Source: Blastocladiella emersonii ATCC 22665 (lineage: Eukaryota; Fungi; Blastocladiomycota). Taken from it: 64,000 nucleotides of DNA. Location of the stretch: NCBI GenBank assembly GCA_025594325.1, contig JANHCV010000009.1, positions 1-64,000 on the forward strand. The letters run 5' to 3'. Below the pieces are notes generated by a model, which was not told the DNA's origin, made no database searches, and saw only the letters and a program-made list of their open reading frames with translations. How positions within the stretch are numbered: the first letter of the stretch is position 1; each line of letters opens with the position of its first letter. Of this stretch, positions 23,501-34,300 are shown piece by piece. Both the position numbers and the translations under genes were made by a program.

Positions 23501-26040
23501 GTAGAAGGTGGTCGGGCTGACCTCGGCCTGACCGAGCACGACGGGTGACGTTGGGCTGCTGCTGGCGGGGGAGCCCGGCGCCGGATTTGGCGGCGCCGGC
23601 GACGCGGGCGAGTCGGGGACGGGCGGCGGGGCGAGCTCGTCGATGTAGCGCGGGTCGATGGTGAGCAGGTAGCACACGCGCCACATTTCCTTCTGGATGC
23701 CGGCGACGGTGGTGACGGTGGCGTTGTTGGCGAGGTTGCGCATCGGGTTGAGCGGGTCCTCGACGCACAGCGGGCGGTAGTCGCCGGGCGGGAGCTGGGT
23801 CGACGCCCAGAGCTTGAGCTGCTTGTGCATCTCGCGACGCGCCACGGCGTTGGCCGTCACGGCGGCGTGGTCGCGCACCATGCTGCGCACCGCATCCCAG
23901 TCGACCGTTTCCATGCCGCGGAGCGCAATGACGGTCTGGTCGTAGTTGTACTCGAGGGCAAAGAAGCGGAAGAAGCTGAAGTAGAGCGACGCGAGGGTAA
24001 GGTGGCGGTGCTGATGTTGTGGTTGTTGGCTCGGCGGGACCGCAGCGGGTCCGTTTGCCGTCGGAGCGGCACCAGCACCAGCACCAGCGCCGGCGCTGGA
24101 TCGAGGAGGATGGGGGTGCGGGAGGTGGAACACGGTGCCGGCGGGGATCGTGGGCGGTGGGGACACGACGAGCGTGGACGCGGGCGGGACGGGCGGCATT
24201 CTACGCCGCTGCGAGAGCGGGCCGCCGGGCGAGGTGGGCGGTGCCGTGGCGGGGGCCTCCCACGCGGCGAGCTCGGGGCACACGGCGGCGAGGGGCTCGA
24301 CGGGGACGACGCCGACGCGCTGCAGGTAGTAGATCATGAGGATGGTCCAGCAGTAGGACGAGAGCGAGCCGCCGGCGGCGTCGTTGAGGACGCGGCGCTG
24401 GGTCCAGTACTTGACGAGCAGCATGAAGGGGGCGACGAGCGGGTGGTGCAGCACGTAGTGCTTGACGAAGAGGGTGTTGTGGAGCGACAGCGGGTTGTTG
24501 ACGTTGATGTCGCACGACAACTTGAGGTCCGGGTCGACGAAGCGCACGACGGGGACGCGGGCGCGGGCCTTGCGGAAGTCGATGTCGCGGTAGCCGTGCT
24601 TGCGCAGGATGGCGGCAATCTCAAACATCATGTCGGACGGGTTGCGCGACATTGGTCCGCCGTGACCAGAGTGCTGGCTGCCGTGGCCGTGGTGGCCGTG
24701 GTGGCCATGGTGGTGCGGGTTGTTGCGGTTCCCGACGCCGGCGCCGCCGCCGTGGGCGTGGTTGTTGCGGGCGCGGTTCCTTGCCTCGCGGTTCGGGCGG
24801 TCGCGGGAACCAGCGGCGGCGGCAGCGGACTCGTCCTCCTCGGCGGCAGTGAGGCACACGTCGACGTCGGACTGGCGGGTGCAGAGGAGGTTGACGGCGG
24901 AGCTACGAGACGAGTTAAGGAGGTTAGACGGACTTTCGCGACAGGATCGAGAGAAGAGAAGAAAGCAGCAACGTGCCCAAAGGGGTGGACGAGGTAGCGG
25001 TGGACGGGCCACTCCTGGTCAAAGATGGACTGGAGCTTGTCGACGAGGGCGCGGCGGACGGCCACGTCGGCGTCCGAGGGGCGGAGGCGGTCGTACATGA
25101 GCCAGAGCTCGTCGTTGAGCGGGCCCTCGACCTCGGGAGCCAGCTGCGAGGGCACGAGGTCGGGCTGCGGCATGAAGTCGAGGGTGGGGGTCTGGGTCGC
25201 GGTGGTGGCGGAGAGGGGCGCGGCCGAGCCCGTGGAGCGGCGCGAAGAGGACGGCGGGTGGACGGGAGCGGCGGAAGGCGGTTGCGCGTGATGGGCGCGG
25301 TGATGTGGATGTGCAGCAGCGGGAGGGGCAGCGGAGGGCGGTATTGGCGGGGCACCGCTCGCGGAGGTGGGATCGACGGCGTCGGGCGGAGACGGCGCGG
25401 CGGCGAGCACGGCAGCGGTCCACGGGCGCACTGGAGGAGCGCCGGTGGCCGGGTCGACGATGGTGACGGCCGCCGACGCAGTCGCTGGCGGAGGGCGAAG
25501 CGACTGCGGCGGGATCGGCGAACTCGCAGCGGGCGACGGGACGGGCGAGGCATTGCCCGAGGTGCGGCGCGACGAAGAGCCCGACCGCGAGGCAACTGCT
25601 GACGCCGAGGCGGGCGGCGGGTTACGGTCGCGCTTCTCGCGCGGCGGGCGGGCGCCCGGGCCGGCGCTGGGCGGGCGCGAGCTCGCCGGGGTGGATCGAG
25701 GCGATGACGAGGCACTGCTCGAGGCGGATGCGGCCGCGGCGGAGCCGTTGGTGGCGGAGCGACGGGCCGATCCGTTGGCCGACGAGGACGAGGCGCGCTT
25801 GCCGGACGATGAGGGCGACGACGACGCGAACCCGTTGGCCGAGCCCGAGGCGGAGCCCGAGCGGTGGCGAGCGCTGCTCCGGCGATGCGCCGACGACGCT
25901 GCGGGGGCAAAGTGGGCGGTCAGGGCCGGGTGCGGGGCCTTGGCGGGCGCCGGTTGAGCCGTGGCCGGCACCGGCACAGGCGCAGCAGGATCCGCGCGGG
26001 TCGGCGGCGGAGGCGGCGAGGGCGGGCGGGCCGAGCCCAT
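20535..26040 (-). CDS. Cid1/TUTase-family non-canonical poly(A)/poly(U) polymerase, ~1789 aa, join(26040..24977,24902..23022,22959..20535)
   Basis: After splicing, PFGSAVNLLCTRQSDVDVCL carries the Pol-beta hG(S)x..DhD motif. Also ARVPVVRF, SCDINVNN, LVKYWTQRR.LND, GSLSSYCWTILMIYYLQ, and the PAP-associated FFRFFALEY and LCVEDPLNPMRNLA. Long low-complexity S/P/A/Q-rich termini. Both introns (74 and 62 nt) are phase-compatible. Confidence 0.9.
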
Positions 26041-26689
26041 GGCGGCGGCGAAGGTGGTGGCGGGCGAGGAGGGCAGCAGCAGCGTCGTGGGCGAGCGCGG
26101 CGAGTGGGGGAAGTTGGTGGCGCCGAGGGCGGGCAGGGGAGTGCGCGAGGGCACGCGATGACGGCGGGCGCGGCGCGGCGCGGGTGGCCAAGTACGACGC
26201 GATCCGCGCGACGCGTCGGGCAGGAGCGGGGGCTGGACTCGGGCGCGGGCACAGGGAGCGGACGCGTCCGGGTGCTGGCGGAGGTACGGGGCGGTGGAGG
26301 GCCGATGGAGGCAACGGCGGATCCGAAACTGGGCCGATGTAGGGACACGAACGAAGGAGGGAGGTCGGGCGAGGGGGATCCGGCGGCGGGTCGGGGGCGC
26401 AGCGCTCACGCGGCGCGGACGAGGCGAAGCGGGTCGGCGGTCCGTTGCAGGCAGTGGGGGGCGGCGCGACGGCAGCGTGCGTCGGGCGTGCGCGCGTCGG
26501 TGGTCGCTAATGAACTACGGGGGCGAGCAAGACAAGACCGCTCGACGGCAGCGAGACGGGACCGAAACGGAGCCGCGCGCGAGCCGTGGCAGGCCGGTCC
26601 CGTGCGGCCTGGCTCGGAGAAAAAGCGCGCGCCCGTCACGCGACCACGCGCTGCGCCGGCTCCGCGGTTTTGCGTCAGGTGACGCTCGC

Positions 26690-26891
26690 CCAATGGGCGG
26701 TCGCCACCGCCACGGCGCGGCGCCGGCGGGTTTTCGGTGGGCGTCGGCGCGCGCGACACGTCAAAGTGCGTGAGAGACGCGTGCGCGTGAGCGTGAGCGT
26801 GAGCGTGCGGCCGCCCATTCGCCGCCCTTCGCGCCGATCGCTCCCCTGCCTGCCACGCCCGCGACGCCCACGCCCGCTCGCGACCTATAAA
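26690..26891 (+). promoter_or_regulatory. KAR2/BiP promoter: ERSE-like CCAAT-N9-CCACC, UPRE-like GACACGTCA, TATA box
   Basis: ccaat-gggcggtcg-ccacc at 26690-26708, gacacgtca at 26755-26763 and tataaa at 26886-26891, about 200 bp upstream of the ATG at 27091. Confidence 0.55.
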
Positions 26892-27090
26892 GCGCCCGTG
26901 CCCGCCCGCGCCGGCCCGCGCTCTCGCCCTTCGCACCCTCGCGTCCCTCACACGGACACGGACTCTCCTCTTCCACACCGTCCCTCTCCCCACGACGAGC
27001 GGCACTCTGGTCGAGCCGGGCTCCTCCCCTCCCACACTCTCCTGCTACGCTATCAACAACCACCGCGACCGCGACCGCCTCTGCTGCACC

Positions 27091-27768
27091 ATGGCGCGCT
27101 CCCCCGCCACGCTGCTCGTCCGCGCCGCGGCCTTCGCCGTGCTGCTGCTCGCGCTCCTGGCCGCGCTGGTCCCGGCCGCTGCCCGCGCCGACGACGCCGC
27201 CAAGGACGCCGCCAAGGACTCCAAGGCCGCCAACAACTACGGCCCCGTCATCGGCATCGACCTCGGCACCACCTACTCGTGTGTCGCCATCTACGAGAAC
27301 GGCCGCGTCGAGGTACGCTTGCGCGCTCGCTGCTGCTGCTGCTGCTGCTGCTGCACGACCCACTCACCCCCAATCTCCCTCCCGCTACCCTCCAGATCAT
27401 CGCCAACGAGCAGGGCCACCGCATCACCCCGTCCTACGTCGCCTTCACCGACGAGGAGCGCCTCGTCGGCGACGCGGCCAAGAACCAGGCCGCCGCCAAC
27501 CCGGAGAACACCATCTACGACGCCAAGCGCCTCATTGGCCGCACCTGGGACGACAAGATGCTGCAGCAGGACATCAAGCACTTCCCCTTCAAGGTCGTGC
27601 AGAAGGACGGCAAGCCCTTCATCCAGGTCGACGTCAAGGCCGGCCAGACCAAGGAGTTTGCCCCCGAGGAGGTCTCCGCCATGGTCCTCACCAAGATGAA
27701 GGAGATTGCCGAGTCGTACCTCGGCCGCAAGGTCTCGCACGCCGTCGTCACGGTCCCCGCCTACTTCA

Positions 27769-27818
<50 letters not shown>

Positions 27819-29219
27819 AACGTGCTCCGCATGATCAACGAGCCCACGGCCGCCGCCATCGCCTACGGCCTCGACCGCGTCGAGGGCGAGCGCAACGTGC
27901 TCGTCTTCGATCTCGGCGGCGGCACCTTCGATGTCTCGCTGCTCTCCATCGACAAGGGCGTCTTCGAGGTGCTCGCCACCTCGGGCGACACCCACCTCGG
28001 CGGCGAGGACTTTGACCAGCGCCTCGTCGACTACTTTGCCAAGCTCTACAAGCGCAAGACCAAGAAGGACTGCCACAAGGACCTCAAGGCCATGGGCAAG
28101 CTCAAGCGCGAGGCCGAGAAGGCCAAGCGCGCCCTCTCGTCGCAGATGTCGGTCCGCATCGAGATCGAGGCCTTCCACGACGGCGACGACTTCTCCGAGA
28201 CCCTGACCCGCGCCAAGTTCGAGGAGCTCAACCTCGACCTGTTCAAGAAGACGATCCGCCCCGTCGAGCGCGTGCTCAAGGACGCGGGCCTCAAGAAGGC
28301 CGAGGTCGAGGACGTGGTCCTCGTCGGCGGCTCGACGCGTATCCCCAAGGTCCAGCAGCTGCTCCAGGACTTTTTCAACGGTAAGGCCCCCTCCAAGTCC
28401 ATCAACCCCGACGAGGCCGTGGCCTACGGCGCGGCCGTCCAGGGCGGCATCCTCGCCGGCGAGCAGTCCTTCTCGGACATGATCCTCATTGACGTGAACC
28501 CGCTCACGCTCGGCATCGAGACCACGGGCGGCATCATGACCAAGCTCATCCCGCGCGGCACGGTCGTCCCGACCAAGAAGTCGCAGATCTTCTCGACGGC
28601 CGCCGACAACCAGCAGACGGTGCTCATCCAGGTGTACGAGGGCGAGCGCTCGCTGACCAAGGACAACAACAAGCTCGGCGCCTTCGAGCTGACCAACATC
28701 CCCGCCGCGCCCCGTGGCGTGCCCCAGATCGAGGTCACGTTCGAGATTGACGTCGACGGCATCCTCAAGGTGGCGGCCGCCGACAAGGCGACGGGCAAGT
28801 CCAACTCGATCACGATCAACAAGGACAAGTCGCGCCTGTCGGCCGACGAGATTGAGCGCATGATCCAGGAGGCCAAGGAGTTCGAGGAGCAGGACAAGCT
28901 GGTCAAGGACAAGATCGAGGCCAAGAACGCGCTCGAGAACTACCTGTACTCGCTCAAGGGCCAGCTCGCCGACGACCTCGGCAAGAAGCTGCCCGCGGAC
29001 GAGCGCAAGGCGGCGCAGGCGGCCGTGTCCGAGGCCATGGAGTGGCTCGAGTCCAACGCGGCGACCGCGTCCAAGGAGGACTTTGAGGAGCGCAAGGCCG
29101 AGGTCGAGGAGGTGATCAAGCCCATCATCGCCAAGGCGTACCAGGGCGGGTCCTCTGGCGGCTCGGCCGAGGACGCGACGCGCGACGAGGACGACGACGA
29201 GTTCCACGACGAGCTGTAA
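27091..29219 (+). CDS. KAR2: ER Hsp70 chaperone BiP/Kar2, 681 aa, join(27091..27312,27396..29219)
   Basis: Signal peptide, then [43 protein letters not shown] and [11 protein letters not shown], ending in HDEL. An 83-nt intron (gtacgc...tccag) carries a (GCT)8 tract. Confidence 0.98.
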
Positions 29220-29383
29220 ACAAGTCATGTGCATCACACAATACAGTCATAGTTTGACCAACCATCATCTCTCCCTGACTTGGCTCGTGAGAGCGACTCG
29301 ATGAGGCGCGCGTATGTAACATGGGTGTAAATTAGAGGGACACGATGAACAAAACTCGACCAGCTGCGCAAGCGTGGCAGCGA

Positions 29384-30284
29384 CTACTGTGGCGGGCGCG
29401 GCGGGAAGGCGCCGGGCGGGAAGCCCGCGCCAGGGGGCATGGGTGGGCGGAAGCCGGGCGGCATGGGCGGCAGGCCGGCGAGTGGGAGCGGCGGCATCCC
29501 GGGCATGGCGGGGATGGGCATACCGGGGCTAGACACGAGGGTGAGGGGATCGAGTGTCAGTGGTCGCGGACGATGGACGAGGGAGTGAAGAGAACGTACC
29601 GCCAGCCGGGCGGCATGGGCGGGAGCGGCGGGCGCACGGCGCCGGCGGGGAGTGGCGGCATGCCCGGGGGCATGGGCGGCATACCGGGCGGCATCCCCAT
29701 TGGCGGCATGGCGCCGGCGGGGCCGCCGATGCGGCCGGGACCGACGAGGCCGGGGACGGGGCCCGCGGGGATGGGAGCACCGACGATGGGCATGCCGCGG
29801 CCGGCAGGGCGCGCGAGTCCTGGTCCGGCAGCGGGACCGCCGAGGCCCTGCTTGCGGTCTAGATGAGAGGGAAGGGAGGGATGTGAGCGAAAGCGGCGGG
29901 ATCCCGGAAGCCGGAGCAGCACGGACCGTCCTTTTGCGCGGGCGGCGGGCTCTCAATGGTAAAGTTGACGACGAGGTCGCCGCGCAGGATGACGAGGCCG
30001 AGGACGCGCTTCTCCTCGCGCTCGCGGCGCTCGCCCTGCTTGGCGCCCTTGATCTTGAGCTTGCGGAACTCCTCGCAGTCGGCGAGGACCAGGTTCATGT
30101 GGCGGTCAAAGGCGAGCAGCTGGCCGATCATGAGGCGGCCGTCGGTGATGGTGACGCGCAGCCGGTAGTTGAGCAGGCCCAGCATCTTGGTCGACTTTTC
30201 CACGGTCGACTACAAGCGCGGGGGCATGGTGTGAGGGGGGCGAGCGGGATGACAGTATCTGGGAGGAGAGAGACGGGTTACCAT
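29384..30284 (-). CDS. SMB1: snRNP core protein SmB, 229 aa, join(30284..30282,30209..29927,29858..29600,29528..29384)
   Basis: M|[50 protein letters not shown]...[13 protein letters not shown] is the Sm1/Sm2 fold. [13 protein letters not shown] and a Pro/Gly/Met-rich tail follow. Three GT-AG introns (72, 68 and 71 nt), all phase-compatible. Confidence 0.95.
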
Positions 30285-31302
30285 GATGGGCAGCGGATGG
30301 GGGTATCGGAGGGGTGAACAGCAAGAGTTGGGCGAGTTGGGCGAGGGCGACCGCGGGTCGGGTCGAGCGGTTGCCGTGGCGGGTGTCGATGCGTTGCAGT
30401 AAGCGTGGGGTCGGTGCGTGTGCTGCGTGGCGCGTCTGAGGTCGGTGAAGGGAGCGGGCCGTCGACGCGCGTCGTGCCGGCCGCCGAGCGAGCGAAGGAA
30501 GTGAGGGAGATCAGTCACGCGGAGCGGCTGACGGCCGTGGCACGCCGCGCCTGCGAGAGTCAGGTGATGTCTCCCTTGGTGTCTCGTCCCGCGCGCCGCG
30601 CCACGCTGCCGCCTTGCTCCCGCTGTGGCCCGCCCCGCCGCCCGCCCGCGCGCGCGCTCCGCGACTTGGCGCATCGACTCGCTCGCCCGCCGCCGGGATC
30701 GCTTCCACGGGAGACACGCACCGACGCGTCGTCGCTCTGCTCCACGCCTCACCATCGCCGCCCGCCTGCCGCGACCGCGACCGCGCCTCACCCGCATCGT
30801 CGCACCGCACGACGCGTCGACGCGCGCGCGCTTCGCTCTACCCGCCTCCTGAAACCGACTCCGCCGTCCTGCTCTGCGATCAGCACCCGCACGACGCACC
30901 GCTGCACCGCTGGACTCGGCGCACGGGACTCTCGCCGCTTCGCCTCGGCACCCGGTCGCACCCACGATTGCGCCAACGGCTGGCTGAACGCCGCCCCCGT
31001 GGTCGCGACCTCCGATCGGTACGCACCTCGGGCCAGGGTGTCCATGAATAGTGCTACAGTGAACTGACCTCGCGCTCTTCCCTCGCGTCTAGTCAGCGCC
31101 ATCGCTGCTGCCGTCTCGCGTCGCCGCACCGTGACATGGCACGCGCCGCGATCCCCTCCCTCCCAGCCGTTTGATACCACCACCATCATCCACCACCACC
31201 ACCGCTAGACTCTTGCGGCTCCGCGCTGGTCGTTGCGCCGTCACCCGCACCAACCAACCCATTCCATCCCGATACCTTGCACCCCCCGCGCCCGCCGCCA
31301 CC

Positions 31303-34300
31303 ATGAGCTCCTCGTCGTCGTCGCGGCAACGTGGCTCGTCGTCCTCGGCGGCCAGCAGACGCTCGCGCCCGACCACACCGGCCTCGCAGCAGCAGCAGAA
31401 CCAGCTCCCCGAGTCCGCCTTTGCCGAGCGCTGGTCGATGCCCTCGACCAAGACGCGCGCGAGCCCGTCCTCGATTGGCCTCGAGCGCGTCGCCCTGCAG
31501 TCCGCGTCGCCGCGCGCCGCGTCGCGTCACGGACCCGCCGCCGACTCGGGCACCCTGCCCGAGCTCCCGCCCGTCACGGCCAGCCCCGGACAGCACGTCC
31601 GCGGCCGCTCGGCCGGATCCGCTAACATGTCGCCCTCGGGCTCCGAGCACGGCTACGGCTCGCGCACTCCGCGCAGCGCTTCCTCGTCCATGGGCTACTC
31701 GCGCTCGCCTACCCACTCGGCCGGCCCGGCCGGTCCCGCTGCCGGGCTCTCGGCCGCCGGTTCCTACGCGCTGCTCAGGTACGACGGCTGGACACTGCGA
31801 CCACCACCGCATCGTTGATTGACCTCGATCGACCGCCGGTAGCCCCGAGTTCCGCCGCATGCGCATCCGCGAGAAGACGTACGACGTCAACCTCGTCTCC
31901 ACCCACATGCCCACCTACGAGCCCCTGCTCGACGAGTACCTACAGGACTACTTCAACACACCCTCCATCCGCGCCCACCTCGTCAGTCTCGGCATCGTAC
32001 GTTGCTCGCTCCACGCGTCCGTTCATCGTGCCCGAGCGCTGACCGGTTGATCCCACTCCAGATTGACCGCGACGGCTTCATCATTGACGAGCGCACCTTC
32101 AAGTACGCCCAGCTCGCCCTCGACCGCGTCGAGCGCGAGGACCAGATCGCCCGCCTCAACCAGCAGCGCGACATTGACCGCGAGGTCGAGGTCGCCCTGC
32201 GACAGGGCCAGGATCGCGCCCGCTCCGCGTCCCCGCGCAAACTGCGCGGCCATGGCGGCGACATGTGGACCAAGACCACCGAGAACTACGCCCCGACGGC
32301 ATCCTCGCCTACCGCGAACATGTCCTCGTCGTCGTCGCTCGGAGCGGTCCAGCCTGGTGCCCCTGCGTCTCCAGGGCCACCCGCGACTACACCGCCGCCG
32401 CTTCACCAGCGCAGGCAGTCGGCCGCCGCGGCCATCTCGCCGCTGCTCCCCATGACTCTCCCGCCCGTCGCCTCGCCGCCGCGCATCTCGCCCTCGGGCC
32501 TCTCGTCGCGCTACAACCTCCCGCCGCGCGCCACCAACACCACCGTCTCCCGCCCCGGCTCGCGCGCCGGATCGGGCGTCCTGCGCACGCATCCGGGCAC
32601 CTCGAGCAACAGCGCGACCGCGTCGGACCCCAGCATGGCGGCCGCGCTACCCGATACGGCGTCCATCACTGGCGCCACCATGGCCGCGGCGAGCATGAGC
32701 GCCAGCACGCCCGTGTCGCGCGAGCACTCGGCGTCGTCGTCGCCGCGGCCCGTCCACCCGGCGCGCCCCAGGTCGGCCTTCACCAAGGCGCGGCCCATGT
32801 CGCCGCGCGCCACCCACTCGACGCTCGCGCCCGCCGAGAACACGCAGCGCGACCCCGTCGCCGAGTTCTACCGCGAGTACTCGGACGACGACGACTTTGC
32901 GTCCGAGTCGGCCGACCCGCCGTCCGAGCGGTCTGCTGCCTCGGCAAAGTCCCCGCGCACGGCAACGAAGCGCCGGCCCATGTCGCCCACCTCCGAGTCG
33001 GGCGCGCAGGTCGAGCCCGAGGACGTCCCGCCCGCGACCGCCACGACGGGCACGTCGCCCGCGCGGCCCATCACGCTCGAGTCGGCGACGCAGCCGTCGA
33101 CGTCGCACCTCGCCCTGTTCCGCGACGGCGCCACGCAGGTCGACCGCCCCGCCGAGCGCCTCGCCACATCCGCGCAGACCTCGGCCCACACGCTGTACCG
33201 CGACGCGGGCGTCGAGCCGCTGCACACGGCCAAGTTCGAGTCGGGCATGCAGACCAGCGCGCTCGACCTTCGCACCCAGCCGGCGCAGACGGAGCGGCCG
33301 AGCTCGCACGACGTGTCGACTGCCGCCACCACCGCGCGCGCGTCGATCCAGGCGCAGACGAGCGCCGCCGAGGTTGGGCAGCAGCACGCGCAGACTAGTT
33401 CGGCTGAGCTGACTCAGCGCCACGCCCAGACGAGTGTCGCCGAGCTGAGCCAGCGGCACGCCCAGACCAGTGTCACGGAAGTGAACCAGCGGCACGCGCA
33501 GACCAGCAGCGCCGACGTGTCGCACCGACAGGTCCAGTCGTCGGCCCAGGCGCTCGGCGTCCACCATGGTACCTCGGCCATGCAGTTCGGCACCGACTCG
33601 GCCTCGGCCGCCGTCGGGCCCGACGCTGCGTCCGAGACGGGTCTGCCGTTCGATGTCACGGACAACACGAGGTACGCTGTTCGCTGGTCGGCTTTTGGGC
33701 GACGCATGCTGACATTTTCCCTCGCTTAGCTACCGCGCTTTCGAAATCGCCCTGCACGAGGCTACCTCGCTGCTCGACGACGCGCAGCCGGCGACCGCGC
33801 GCGACCGCGCGACGCACCTGGTCCGCGTCATGCAGTCGTCGGCGGGATTCTCGCGGCACCCGGTCCCGCGCGCCATCCTCGCCGAGGCGTACCTCGTGTG
33901 CGCGCGCGCCGCGTACCGCATGGGCGACACACCCGCCGCCGAGTCCGGCATTCTGTCGGCTATGCACTACGCCGTCGACTCGGCCGGCAGCGGCGCCCTG
34001 CTCCGCGACATTGTCGAGTTCCAGCACGTCGTCATGGCCGAGCGTGAGTTCCGCGCGCCGTCTGCGCCGCAACAGCAGCATCAGGCCGCCCAGCAGCCGC
34101 AGCAGCAGCAGGTCCCGCCGCCGCCGCAGATTGACTCGCGTCCGTCGTCGGCCGTGGTCCCCAACGCTGCCTCGCTCACGACCGCCGAGCGTCTCCTCGT
34201 CGGCTACATTGCCGCGCTCGGCGGCGACGTCCGCGAGGCGCTCGACGAGATCCAGCGCACCCGCGCCATGGCCGCTCAGGACTCGGCGCCTGCCGCGAGC

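Noticed and set aside
27291-29237. 648-aa antisense ORF opposite KAR2
   Set aside because: Long antisense frames opposite GC3-rich hsp70 genes are a known codon-bias artefact. The translation has no independent motif.
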